Source: Pseudomonadota bacterium
GTDB taxonomy: Bacteria > Pseudomonadota > Alphaproteobacteria > Paracaedibacterales > CAIOTO01
DNA length: 64,000 bases
NCBI GenBank assembly: GCA_040387495.1
Contig: JAZKDQ010000003.1
Location: 1 to 64,000, forward strand
Reading direction: 5' to 3'
How positions within the stretch are numbered: position 1 is the first letter of the stretch; each line of letters starts with the position of its first letter. Positions 41,733 to 52,038 of this stretch are shown here, one piece after another. Under the pieces are notes generated by a model. It saw only the letters and a program-made list of their open reading frames with translations. It ran no database searches and was not told where the DNA came from. The position numbers and the translations under genes are program-made.

Positions 41733-42332
41733 ATGAAGCGCACGCTCAACACTGACGACATACTACCAAATGACGTCTTTTGTGCAAAACGCAATGATTT
41801 CTTAGAAAATTTAATGTCTGTTAAAAAAAATCGCCGCGTCGCAATTGGTCCAGATGCGACATTTTACTTTGAAAATCATTTAACACTTTGGTGGCAAGTT
41901 CAAGAAATGCTACGTGTTGAAAAAGGTGGCTCGGAACAATTAACAGATGAACTGATAGCTTACGCTCCTCTGCTCCCTCAAGTCTTTCCTGATGGATCAA
42001 TGGAACTTGTCGCAACATTTATGATCGAAATTGATGACCTTGAACGTCGATTCCGTGTATTAAGCAACCTTGGAAACATTGAACAACACATCTGGCTATG
42101 CATTAATGACGCTAAAATACATGCTACACCAGAAACAGACCTTGACCGTACAGATGAAAACGGAAAAGCATCAGCTGTACATTTCATACGCTTTCTTTTA
42201 ACACCAGAGCTAGTTAAACAATTTCAGCAACCAAATCAAGATATCATCATTGAGATATCACATCCGCACTATTCACATAAAACACAACTAAATGAAAACC
42301 AAAGAGAAGCCATCGCGAGCGACTTGATCTAA
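41733..42332 (+). CDS. DUF3501-family protein
   Basis: KKNRRVAIGP, FENxxTxWWQVQEMLRVE, ATFMIEI, ASAVHFIRF, HPHY motifs. Confidence 0.8.
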   Translation: MKRTLNTDDILPNDVFCAKRNDFLENLMSVKKNRRVAIGPDATFYFENHLTLWWQVQEMLRVEKGGSEQLTDELIAYAPLLPQVFPDGSMELVATFMIEIDDLERRFRVLSNLGNIEQHIWLCINDAKIHATPETDLDRTDENGKASAVHFIRFLLTPELVKQFQQPNQDIIIEISHPHYSHKTQLNENQREAIASDLI

Positions 42333-42346
42333 AAGGAAAACATACT

Positions 42347-43021
42347 ATGACCATCCGTTACAAAATTATAAACTCAATAGCCTGTCTTTTTTTAGCCACT
42401 ACGGCTTTTAGTGACAGTGAAACCAATGAAACCAGCCACATCACTTCATTTGTTGAATCTCAGCTTTCCAATGGTAAACCAGAAGAGGCATGTAAATTTC
42501 TTGATCAGTTAGAAAAGGAATACGTTCCAGAAGCACTTTATCTCAAAGGTGTTCTAATCCTAAATGGTGTTTACAATAAAGGCATTCGTAATCCACGTGA
42601 AGCAAGTGTTTATTTTGCAAAAGCAGCAGCGCTAAAATATACACCCGCAATTGCGGCGTTAGCTGATAGCTATCTTGATGGCGATGGAACTGAAAAAGAT
42701 GAAAAGCAAGCATTCATTTTATACAAGCAAGCAGCAGATTTAGGTGACGGCTCGGCTCAATTCAATGTTGCCATTTTGTATCGTGATGGAATAGGCACAA
42801 AGAAATCAGCTAAAATGGCCTTAAAATACATGCGAATGGCAGCGAACAACAGCGAGCTCGAAGAAATCCATGACGATGCACATGTCATTATCGAAGAAAT
42901 TCTTGATGAAATGGCTTTAAAATATATGCATAAAGCAGCAAAAAACAAAACGCCAGGGGCAAATTACGAAAAGACAAATATTGCTATTGATAAAATTATA
43001 GATGAAATGAAGAATCCATGA
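42347..43021 (+). CDS. Sel1-like repeat protein, exported
   Basis: Signal peptide; three SLR units (ALYLKG...YFAKAA, ALADSYLDGDG...YKQAADLG, AQFNVAILYRDGIG). Confidence 0.88.
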   Translation: MTIRYKIINSIACLFLATTAFSDSETNETSHITSFVESQLSNGKPEEACKFLDQLEKEYVPEALYLKGVLILNGVYNKGIRNPREASVYFAKAAALKYTPAIAALADSYLDGDGTEKDEKQAFILYKQAADLGDGSAQFNVAILYRDGIGTKKSAKMALKYMRMAANNSELEEIHDDAHVIIEEILDEMALKYMHKAAKNKTPGANYEKTNIAIDKIIDEMKNP

Positions 43022-44034
43022 GCGCTTTAAGATTTGGATCAAAAACAGACTCTAACATAACTTTCTGGTTATGGGGTCTGTTTATCCTTATCTTAGCGAT
43101 GATTATGCTGGGTGGAGCAACTCGTCTCACGCATGCAGGGCTTTCTATCGTTGAATGGAAACCAATTACCGGCATTATCCCCCCTTTGTCACTTAGTGAT
43201 TGGATACTTGAATTTGAAAACTATCAAAAAACACCTGAATATCTTTTAATCAATAAAGGCATGAGTCTGAGTGCTTTCAAATCAATCTTTTGGATGGAAT
43301 ATTCACATCGCCTATTAGGGCGATTCATCGGCCTATATGTTTTATTCCCTATGATTATTTTTTGGGCGCAAAATAAATTAACTTCGCATCTTAAAGTTAC
43401 TTGTTTATTACTACTCTTTCTCATTGGCTTTCAAGGCTTTTTAGGTTGGTACATGGTCAAAAGCGGCCTGACACATGACCCAATGGTAAGCCCATTCCGC
43501 TTAAGTATTCATTTACTTATGGCGTTTGCACTCATTGCGCTTACACTCAATGCAATTTACCGACTCAATGCAATTCCGCACGAACTTATTGAAGGGCGCG
43601 CTTCTGGATGGAGCATTGCAAACCTTTTTCTTGTCATCATTACAATATTCTATGGTGCCCTCGTGGCGGGGCACAAGGCTGGCCTCATCTATAATACATT
43701 TCCGCTTATGGAAGGGCAGTGGCTACCCTCGGAATGGAATCACATCAAGCCGTTCTGGCGGAATTTTTTTGATAATCATGCAACGGTTCAATTTGTACAT
43801 CGATTACTTGCTATTCTCGTATTTTCATCAGCGTGTTTTGGCGTGTGGAAACAAAAGATTTCTCCATGGTATGGCCTAGCGGTGTTGGGACAATTGCTAC
43901 TTGGGATTGTCACTTTATTGCACAACGTGCCCCTTGTCCTTGGAACATTACACCAGGGGTGGGCCGTTGTTGTGTTTAGCATGGCTTTTTGGTGCTACAG
44001 AGCGCGTAAATCGTATAAAGATTCTACGTTCTAA
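43018..44034 (+). CDS. ctaA: Heme A synthase (COX15/CtaA type 2)
   Basis: GGATRLTHAGLSIVEW, WMEYSHRLLGR, GWYMVKSGL, QFVHR, HQ. Confidence 0.95.
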   Translation: MSALRFGSKTDSNITFWLWGLFILILAMIMLGGATRLTHAGLSIVEWKPITGIIPPLSLSDWILEFENYQKTPEYLLINKGMSLSAFKSIFWMEYSHRLLGRFIGLYVLFPMIIFWAQNKLTSHLKVTCLLLLFLIGFQGFLGWYMVKSGLTHDPMVSPFRLSIHLLMAFALIALTLNAIYRLNAIPHELIEGRASGWSIANLFLVIITIFYGALVAGHKAGLIYNTFPLMEGQWLPSEWNHIKPFWRNFFDNHATVQFVHRLLAILVFSSACFGVWKQKISPWYGLAVLGQLLLGIVTLLHNVPLVLGTLHQGWAVVVFSMAFWCYRARKSYKDSTF

Positions 44035-44156
44035 AATAGCCACTCTCTACAAATTCGTATTTTGTCTGGACATATTTTTAGATTGCCAATTTTTTATAGA
44101 CACACAATTCCAACTACGTTATAACATCATATATTATGAAATTTTGAGACGCTTAT

Positions 44157-45422
44157 ATGAGTAAATTTATTATTTTTGTACTTTTTATGGTCATTACAGC
44201 ATTCTCAGCGAATGCTACCACTCAGAATGACATTGCTCCCTATTTTACGGACATACCAGAAACCAATAAAAATTCAAATCTGCAAAGCTCTATCCCCGAC
44301 TTAACAGATAGTGATTCACTTTCCGAGAGCAACTTTGAGCCCTTGCATTTATCAGGTGTGACTGAATCACTTAACGACAGAATCTATCGTGTAAATGAAA
44401 CCAATGTGTATTTCAATGAAACCGAATACGAAATAGGTGGATTGCACATGGTCGACAAAGAAACAATAGATTTAATGCAAGATACGTTAAATAAACGCAA
44501 CATTTCATGTATTGAAGGTCCCGGTGGGACAATGATTATCACTACACGTGTGCTAAATATTATTCGTAACAATCCAAATGACAATTTCAACATCATTAGC
44601 ACTGTTGCAGACGATGATGAAGGTCGCAGTATTATAAACGGTCTTAAGCAAGAAAATATTTCATATTGCAAGATGCCACCTAAAGATACGGGCAATCCAG
44701 CTACTGGTAAGTGCCTTGTTCTTGTAACACCCGATGGCCAACGTACCATGTTTACGTATATCGGTTCAAAGTCTAATTACAACACACAAAACATAGAGCC
44801 TATTCGTGAATTATATAAGAATTCGGATTATTTCATGATTGAAGGATTCGCATTCATGGACCCTGAATATCTTGGTTTTCTAAATATAGTAATTGAAGAA
44901 GGAAGCGAAAAACATAAAATTATTTTCTTATCTTCAGGTATACCTTGCCTTAAATATGTGGATAATTATAAAGATGAAAATACGCTAAAAAATGCCCTTT
45001 TAAAAATTCTTAAATTCGTAGAAAATAATGCACTTCTTGTTATTGGCAATGAAAGTGAATTAAAAATGCTCACAAGTACAGAATCGGCTCTAGAGGCTAC
45101 AATCGTTCTTCAAGAAATGGGATTGAGTGGCTCTATCACGCGTGGCAATGAAGGTGCTATTGTTTTTGACAACACCAGCATCTATACAGTTAGCGCCCCT
45201 AACCTTGAAGCGAAGGACACAACTGGTGCTGGTGATTATAATGCAGCAGGGTTTTTGTCTGAGTTTATTGCGAATAAAAACATCATCAGAGCGGGGAAAA
45301 TTGGTGCATATTCTGCAGGTGTACGGATTATATCTGAAGGCGCACAGCCAACTGATCACAAAGAAAAACTTAGAAACTATGAATCTGCACAGGCTATCCC
45401 CCATAAAAAAATAGAAGATTAA
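44157..45422 (+). CDS. PfkB/adenosine-kinase-like protein with signal peptide
   Basis: TGKCLVLVTPDGQRTM, GNESE, TRGNEGA, DTTGAGD; N-terminus MSKFIIFVLFMVITAFSANA. Confidence 0.85.
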   Translation: MSKFIIFVLFMVITAFSANATTQNDIAPYFTDIPETNKNSNLQSSIPDLTDSDSLSESNFEPLHLSGVTESLNDRIYRVNETNVYFNETEYEIGGLHMVDKETIDLMQDTLNKRNISCIEGPGGTMIITTRVLNIIRNNPNDNFNIISTVADDDEGRSIINGLKQENISYCKMPPKDTGNPATGKCLVLVTPDGQRTMFTYIGSKSNYNTQNIEPIRELYKNSDYFMIEGFAFMDPEYLGFLNIVIEEGSEKHKIIFLSSGIPCLKYVDNYKDENTLKNALLKILKFVENNALLVIGNESELKMLTSTESALEATIVLQEMGLSGSITRGNEGAIVFDNTSIYTVSAPNLEAKDTTGAGDYNAAGFLSEFIANKNIIRAGKIGAYSAGVRIISEGAQPTDHKEKLRNYESAQAIPHKKIED

Positions 45423-45492
45423 TTCCTTTAACAACCTCACTCTTTAGTCTATAAAGAATATACCCATCTAAAATAAAGATGGAAACCTCCAT

Positions 45493-45569
45493 GCACCCGT
45501 AGCTCAGTTGGATAGAGCGTTGCCCTCCGAAGGCAAAGGTCGGACGTTCGAGTCGTCTCGGGTGCACCA
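45493..45569 (+). tRNA. tRNA-Arg (CCG)
   Basis: GCACCCGTAGCTCAGTTGGATAGAGCG TTGCC-CTCCGAA-GGCAA AGGTCGGACGTTCGAGTCGTCTCGGGTGCACCA. Confidence 0.97.
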
Positions 45570-45604
45570 TTTCTAATCACCCACTAACATGTTCAAAAAA
45601 AATG

Positions 45605-47263
45605 TTAAGAAAGTACGATCGGCGGTAGAGAGCAATTACCTGTAACACGTAGGGTTGTATTATTTCCCATAATCAATGCAGTTGTACTTGATAGATGAGT
45701 TGTATCTGAAATTGAAAGTATAGCACCACTTTGTAATGTTGTTGTACCAGTGTATGTGTTAGCTGTTCCAAATGTTACACCGCCTGACCCGCTAATGGTA
45801 AGGTCACCAGAACCACTAATTCCACCGGTTGTCGTAAATGCTTGCGTTGCACGTAATGTTGCGCTACTTGTTATCGTGATTGCGTTGGCAATTTCTGCAT
45901 TATTCGAAAAATTTCCTTCCAATGTTGTGCCAGAGTCCAACGCAATTGTTCCAGAGCTTGCAGCTGTGTGATGAGCAAGTGTTAATTTCCCCAAAGATAC
46001 GGCTGTACTACCAGAGTGGTTATTTGTCGCACTTAAAACGAGCGTCCCAGCACCACCTTTTGTTAATCCACTAAGTGTGCTTGCTAATGTTCCAGCAAAA
46101 GTTGATCCATTTGTTGACGTAATTGTGAGTGCTGCATTCGATGTGGAGCTTTGAATTGTTCCACTACCACTTGGGTCAATCAACCCGAGTGCAGTTCCAT
46201 TCAAATCATACGTACCATTCACAGTCACACCAACAGAAGTTGCAACGCTTCCCTTAACTGTCACGCCAGAATTAATCATTGTTGGTCCTGTGTATGTATT
46301 CAAATAGCCTGCACCAGACATTATAACTGTACCAGATCCACCAGTACTACTGATTGTCAACCCACAAGCCCCACTGATAATATTTTCTATGTAAGTTACT
46401 GTAAATTGATTAACATCAAGAGTGCTATCCGTATTATCAAGATGAGTAGAACCACGAAGGGTAATATTATCTCCAGCTTGTAATATCCCTCCACCAAATA
46501 TCACGGTGGAAGTTCCTAGCGCACCCTGGGTTGACAGATTAGATGCCCTTAATTTGCCTGCATTAAGATTTATTGTGCCACTGCTACTATAGCTTCCAGA
46601 TAAGGTTAATATTCCCGTACCTGCCTGGGTCAACGTGCCGGTTCCACTAATAGCACCTGCATAGGTGTAATCATCTGATCGATTAAAGATAAGTGTTCCA
46701 TTACTAGTATTAACACCAGCTGCAATACTTCCTATTATGCCACCATTACCAATTTGCAATGTTCCTCCTACTGCAGAAAACGTTGTTGCCCCTGTATATG
46801 TATTGGCACCTGTCAGGGTAAGTGTTCCTGATCCTGATTTTGTTAACTTCAGATTTGCAGGAGTAGTAGCAGCAATCGTCCCGCTGAACGTTGTATCTAA
46901 AATGGAACTCAATGTAAGTGTTTTAGAAGCCCCACTATTTGTAAGGGTGCCTGACCCACTTACATTCTTCAACGTCTGCACTGCACCATTAATATCATAC
47001 GTGCCATTCACAACCACACTGCTAAAGCCTGAAAGATCAGCAATAGACGTTGAGCCGAAATCAATCGTTGTTGTCGTTGCATAAGTGCTTGTACAAGAAA
47101 GCGTGAATAAAAATGCCATCACCCGCACGCATTTCGACCTGAACTTTGGCGACGCGCACTGCCTAACACCTACATACCAAGCATTCAACCGACAGCCATA
47201 GCCCTTTTGCTTCAGTGCAGGCTTTACATTATTCAAATAGGCTGTCGGCTTACAAATCATCAA
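45605..47263 (-). CDS. Autotransporter-associated beta-strand (PATR) repeat protein lacking a beta-barrel; start uncertain
   Basis: Repeats LTKSGSGTLTLTGANTYTGAT, LTQAGTGILTLSG, LTKGGAGTLVLSATNNHSGST, ANTYTGTTTL; ends PPIVLS. Confidence 0.82.
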   Translation of the reverse strand: MMICKPTAYLNNVKPALKQKGYGCRLNAWYVGVRQCASPKFRSKCVRVMAFLFTLSCTSTYATTTTIDFGSTSIADLSGFSSVVVNGTYDINGAVQTLKNVSGSGTLTNSGASKTLTLSSILDTTFSGTIAATTPANLKLTKSGSGTLTLTGANTYTGATTFSAVGGTLQIGNGGIIGSIAAGVNTSNGTLIFNRSDDYTYAGAISGTGTLTQAGTGILTLSGSYSSSGTINLNAGKLRASNLSTQGALGTSTVIFGGGILQAGDNITLRGSTHLDNTDSTLDVNQFTVTYIENIISGACGLTISSTGGSGTVIMSGAGYLNTYTGPTMINSGVTVKGSVATSVGVTVNGTYDLNGTALGLIDPSGSGTIQSSTSNAALTITSTNGSTFAGTLASTLSGLTKGGAGTLVLSATNNHSGSTAVSLGKLTLAHHTAASSGTIALDSGTTLEGNFSNNAEIANAITITSSATLRATQAFTTTGGISGSGDLTISGSGGVTFGTANTYTGTTTLQSGAILSISDTTHLSSTTALIMGNNTTLRVTGNCSLPPIVLS

Positions 47264-47481
47264 TCTACAATCTAAATTGTGTACATAATATTAGTGTAAA
47301 TAAAAATAGATAATAAATTGTTAATTATCGTATATATATTTAACTACAAACAATTTAAATCTAACAATACTTAGACATACTAGATTTCATGGCAATTTAG
47401 ACGGCTTACCAAATTGACCGCTTTTTTTGTCATAACCTCTTTCACAAAAACTTGATTTTTTTATCTGAAAATTGTATATTG

Positions 47482-47508
47482 TTAGCAGTCTCAGCGTTAT
47501 GCTGCTAA
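47482..47508 (+). promoter_or_regulatory. CIRCE-like (HrcA) operator upstream of dnaK
   Basis: TTAGCAGTC-N9-TGCTGCTAA versus consensus TTAGCACTC-N9-GAGTGCTAA; just downstream of a CTTGAT...GTATAT promoter-like sequence. Confidence 0.65.
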
Positions 47509-47534
47509 AAAATGAAATTTCAGAGGAGTAAAAT

Positions 47535-49433
47535 ATGGGAAAAGTAATAGGAATTGACCTTGGAACAACGAATTCATGTGTATCCGTTATGGACGGCAAA
47601 AACACACGCGTGATTGAAAATTCTGAAGGTGCACGCACAACACCATCCATCGTAGCCTTTACCGAAAATGGCGAACGTCTTGTTGGGCAAGCTGCAAAAC
47701 GTCAAGGAATCACAAACCCAGAAAACACGCTCTTCGCGATTAAGCGTTTACTTGGACGTGATTTTAAAGATCCAATCACACAAAAGGATATGAAACTTGT
47801 TCCTTATAAGATCGTTGAATCTGACAAAGGTGATGCATGGGTTGAAGTCCGCGGTGAAAAGTACAGTCCTAGCCAAATAAGCGCATTCATTTTACAAAAA
47901 ATGAAAGAAACAGCTGAGGCATATTTAGGCGAACCAGTAACCGAAGCGGTAATCACTGTTCCTGCCTATTTTAACGATGCACAACGCCAAGCAACAAAAG
48001 ACGCTGGCCGTATTGCTGGTCTTGATGTTCTTCGTATTTTGAACGAGCCAACAGCTGCTGCCCTTGCCTATGGCATGGAAAAGCGCGCATCTGGTACAGT
48101 TGCTGTATATGACCTTGGTGGTGGTACATTCGACGTATCAATTCTTGAAATCGGCGATGGCGTTTTTGAAGTTAAATCAACCAATGGTGACACATTCCTT
48201 GGTGGTGAAGATTTTGATGCACGCATTATCGATTTCGTAGCAGAGGAATTTAAGAACGAACAAGGTATTGACCTTCGTCAAGACAAGTTAGCTCTACAAC
48301 GCCTCAAAGAAGCAGCTGAAAAAGCAAAGATCGAGCTTTCAACAGCACTTCAAACAGACATCAACTTGCCATTTATCACAGCTGATGCGTCTGGTCCAAA
48401 GCACCTTAACGTAAAATTGACACGTGCTAAATTTGAATCATTGGTTGATGATCTTGTACAACGTACTATGGAACCATGTAAAGCTGCACTTCGTGATGCT
48501 GGCGTTACAGCAAGCCAAATCGATGAAGTCATCATGGTTGGTGGTATGATTCGTATGCCAAAGATCCATGAAACAGTAAAAAACTTCTTTGGTCGTGAAC
48601 CACACCGTGGTGTAAACCCTGATGAAGTTGTTGCTGTTGGTGCAGCGATTCAAGGCGGCGTTCTAAAAGGTGACGTTAAAGATGTATTGCTACTTGATGT
48701 GACTCCATTATCACTCGGTATTGAAACACTTGGTGGTTTGTTCACACGTCTGATTGATCGCAACACAACGATTCCAACACGCAAGAGCCAAGTATTCTCA
48801 ACAGCAGAAGATGGCCAAACAGCGGTTACGATTCGTGTGTTCCAAGGTGAACGTGAAATGGCTGCGCACAACAAGATGCTTGGTCAATTTGAACTCGAAG
48901 GCATTGCGCCAGCCCAACGTGGTACACCACAAATCGATGTAACATTCGATATCGACGCAAACGGTATCGTGCAAGTTTCAGCCAAAGACAAAGCAACGAA
49001 TAAAGAACACCAAATTCGTATTCAAGCATCTGGTGGATTGTCTGAAGAAGAAATCAAGAACATGGTGAACGAAGCCGAAGCAAACGCTGAAGTAGACAAA
49101 GCGCGCCGTGAGTTGATCGAAGCTAAAAACCAAGGCGATGGAATGATTCATGCCACAGAAAAGTCAATAACTGAACATGGTGATAAGATAGCATCAGATG
49201 ACAAAGCAGCGGTTGAAGCAGACATGGCTGCATTGAAAGAGTCTCTTTTAACTGAAGATCTAGAAGATATCAAAGCGAAAATTCAAACGCTTACAATGTC
49301 TTCCATGAAAATTGGTGAAGCTGTTTACAAAGCAACGCAAGAAGCTGGACCAACACCTGGTGGCGACGATCAACATGAAGAAATTCTAGAAGCTGATGTT
49401 GTTAATAAAGATGATGATCGCAAACACGGTTAA
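47535..49433 (+). CDS. dnaK: Chaperone DnaK
   Basis: [44 protein letters not shown]. Confidence 0.99.
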   Translation: MGKVIGIDLGTTNSCVSVMDGKNTRVIENSEGARTTPSIVAFTENGERLVGQAAKRQGITNPENTLFAIKRLLGRDFKDPITQKDMKLVPYKIVESDKGDAWVEVRGEKYSPSQISAFILQKMKETAEAYLGEPVTEAVITVPAYFNDAQRQATKDAGRIAGLDVLRILNEPTAAALAYGMEKRASGTVAVYDLGGGTFDVSILEIGDGVFEVKSTNGDTFLGGEDFDARIIDFVAEEFKNEQGIDLRQDKLALQRLKEAAEKAKIELSTALQTDINLPFITADASGPKHLNVKLTRAKFESLVDDLVQRTMEPCKAALRDAGVTASQIDEVIMVGGMIRMPKIHETVKNFFGREPHRGVNPDEVVAVGAAIQGGVLKGDVKDVLLLDVTPLSLGIETLGGLFTRLIDRNTTIPTRKSQVFSTAEDGQTAVTIRVFQGEREMAAHNKMLGQFELEGIAPAQRGTPQIDVTFDIDANGIVQVSAKDKATNKEHQIRIQASGGLSEEEIKNMVNEAEANAEVDKARRELIEAKNQGDGMIHATEKSITEHGDKIASDDKAAVEADMAALKESLLTEDLEDIKAKIQTLTMSSMKIGEAVYKATQEAGPTPGGDDQHEEILEADVVNKDDDRKHG

Positions 49434-49444
49434 TGTTCTTTCCA

Positions 49445-49528
49445 CCGTCATGGCGAGCCTATATAATGAGCGTGGTCATCCAGAGAAACCCTGGATCAAC
49501 ACAGAACTCACGCTCCTCGTGATGACGG
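49445..49528. repeat. Palindromic intergenic repeat, family A variant
   Basis: CCGTCATGGCGAG...ATCCAG-AGAAACC-CTGGAT...CTCGTGATGACGG. Confidence 0.7.
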
Positions 49529-49624
49529 AAAACTGTTACAATTGTTAATCAGAATTCTATTAAGGGGGGCATAACCCCCTTATTGTATTTAAGATGCAAA
49601 ACTAAATTTAAGGTATAAAATTAA

Positions 49625-50791
49625 ATGTCAAAAGATTATTACGACATTCTCGGGATTCAAAAAGGCGCAAGCGCGGATGAACTCAAAAAAGCCTACCGAA
49701 AACAGGCTATGAAGTATCACCCTGACAAAAATCCAGGTGATAAGACTGCCGAGAGCAAGTTCAAAGAAGTAAATGAAGCACATGAAGTATTAAAAGACGA
49801 ACAAAAGCGTGCAGCTTATGATCGTTTTGGCCATGCAGCATTTCAACAAGGTGCAGGGCAGGGTGGTGGGCAAGGTGGATTCCATGGAAGCGCCGGCGCA
49901 GCAGGTTTTGGTGGATTTTCAGATATCTTTGATGCCATGTTCCGTGGCGCAGGCGGTTTTGGCGATGATCATGGTGGCAGTCATGCTGCACAACAGCAAG
50001 GTAATGATATTCGTTATAACCTTGATGTTTCACTCGAAGATGCATTCAAAGGCTCAACTGCAAATTTAAAATTTTATACCTTTTCATCATGCACACCTTG
50101 CAATGGTAGCGGTAGCGCCGATGGTTCAAAAGCAGCAACATGTCAAACCTGTAAAGGACGCGGGCAAGTACGTTTTCAGCAAGGTCTATTCATCGTTGAG
50201 CGCACGTGTTCAGCATGCGGTGGTACCGGGCAAATGATATCAAACCCGTGCAAAAGTTGCAGTGGCCAAGGTCGATCAAAAAAAGAAAAGAATATTGAAG
50301 TTAAAATTCCAGCTGGCGTTGATGATGGCACGCGCATACGTGTTTCAAACGAAGGTGAAGCGGGCGTTAGGGGCGGTGCAACAGGTGATTTATATGTCTT
50401 TATTAGCATCAAAGCACATCGATTCTTCAAACGAAATGCATCTGATATTTTTTGCAAAGTTCCTATTTCAATGACTACAGCTGCCTTAGGTGGACACATT
50501 GACGTTCCATCGATTGATGGTGGCCATGTAGACGTTAAAATCCCAGCTGGTACACAGCATGCGCAGCAATTTCGTGTACGTGGTAAAGGTATGCCATCTG
50601 TACGCAGCAGCATTCGCGGCGACATGATTGTCGAAGCTGCCATTGAAATTCCAGTAAATTTAAGCAAACAACAAAAAGAGTTGTTGGAACAATTTAACAC
50701 CGATTCTACGCGCGAAAAAAACACGCCACAAGCACATAGTTTTTTCACAAAGGTTAAAGACTTTTGGGATGATATTGCTAAGGGAAAGTGA
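49625..50791 (+). CDS. dnaJ: Chaperone DnaJ
   Basis: HPD J-domain, G/F region, four CxxCxGxG repeats. Confidence 0.99.
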   Translation: MSKDYYDILGIQKGASADELKKAYRKQAMKYHPDKNPGDKTAESKFKEVNEAHEVLKDEQKRAAYDRFGHAAFQQGAGQGGGQGGFHGSAGAAGFGGFSDIFDAMFRGAGGFGDDHGGSHAAQQQGNDIRYNLDVSLEDAFKGSTANLKFYTFSSCTPCNGSGSADGSKAATCQTCKGRGQVRFQQGLFIVERTCSACGGTGQMISNPCKSCSGQGRSKKEKNIEVKIPAGVDDGTRIRVSNEGEAGVRGGATGDLYVFISIKAHRFFKRNASDIFCKVPISMTTAALGGHIDVPSIDGGHVDVKIPAGTQHAQQFRVRGKGMPSVRSSIRGDMIVEAAIEIPVNLSKQQKELLEQFNTDSTREKNTPQAHSFFTKVKDFWDDIAKGK

Positions 50792-50796
50792 TATAT

Positions 50797-50826
50797 AAAG
50801 GGATAGGCAGAAATGTTGTCCCTTTT
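50797..50826 (+). terminator. Intrinsic terminator after dnaJ
   Basis: AAAGGGATAGGCA-GAAA-TGTTGTCCCTTTT. Confidence 0.65.
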
Positions 50827-50856
50827 ACTTCAACCTAGTTTCTTAGGAAAATAATA

Positions 50857-52038
50857 ATAAAAAAAATAATTTTTTCATTATTTATTATTCTCTTTTGTTT
50901 TTTGCTGAAATCTAATTATTTCACTAAATCACAAGTACCTCTAAATATATCGCCAATTTCTCATAAAATTTCATTTTGGGAAAATGCTCAAAAAGGCGCT
51001 AATATTTTCAATACAGTCATAACGCGGGAAGACATCAAAGCAGCAAAAGCCTACGGTATTGCGTTTATACGTCTTGCACCGGATAAATTCAAAACGAAGG
51101 CAAGAGACTTTCTTATAGGAAATGCTGACGCTTACACCCAACTAATCAAAGAAGATTTGGGTGAACTTTTAAAAGTCCTTGATATATGTGCTGAAGAGAA
51201 AATGCCTGTTGTACTTACGATGCTAAGCCTCCCCGGCTCACGTTGGAAACAAAATAATAAAGACAAAGATGATTTGCGAATTTGGCTTAATTCAGAATTT
51301 CAAAAGCAAACAATACAATTCTGGCAAGATTTAGCCCAACAACTAAAAGATCATCCTGCTATCGTAGGCTATAACATATTGAATGAACCGCATTTAGAAA
51401 AAATCAGAGGCTCCTCATCAAAAACCGATCAATTTAATTCACAATGGGTACAAGAAACTTTATTTCAATTTTACCATAATGTGATAACAACTATTAGACT
51501 CGTTGATAAAGAAACCCCTGTTATCCTTGATAGTTCATTACATGCCGACCCCCAAACTTTTAAAATTCTTAAGCCATAACCGTTTGATAATATTATCTAT
51601 TCTTTTCACATGTATGAACCATACACATATACGAATTTAAAATTAAATAAAGGAAAATTGACATATCCTGGTCAGATTGATGGAAAGTTTTGGGACAAAA
51701 AAGCGCTTCACAAATATATGGAACAAGTCATTTTATTTCAAAAAGAAAATCATATCCCAAGCAATCGAATTCTTGTCGGTGAATTTGGTGGAAATAGAAA
51801 GTCAAAAGGTTTAATTCAATATTTCCAAGATTTGATTGATATTTTCAATGAAAACAAATGGCATTTTTCTTTTTATGGCTTCCACGAAGATAATTGGGAT
51901 GGCATGGATTATGAACTTGGCGATAAAAATTTACCAGAAAGTTACTGGAAAGCTCTTGATAAAGGAGAAAAACCTGAATTAAAACGCGATGGTAATGCTC
52001 CCACATTTAAGGTTTTATGGAATGCTTTAAATGCATAA
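50857..52038 (+). pseudogene. Glycoside hydrolase family 5 (cellulase-like) with in-frame TAA and probable lost start codon
   Basis: ILNEPH (acid/base) and VGEFG (nucleophile); LKP*PFDNIIYSFHMYEP with TAA at 51577-51579; upstream in-frame ATA-KKIIFSLFIILFCFLL after AGGA. Confidence 0.85.
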
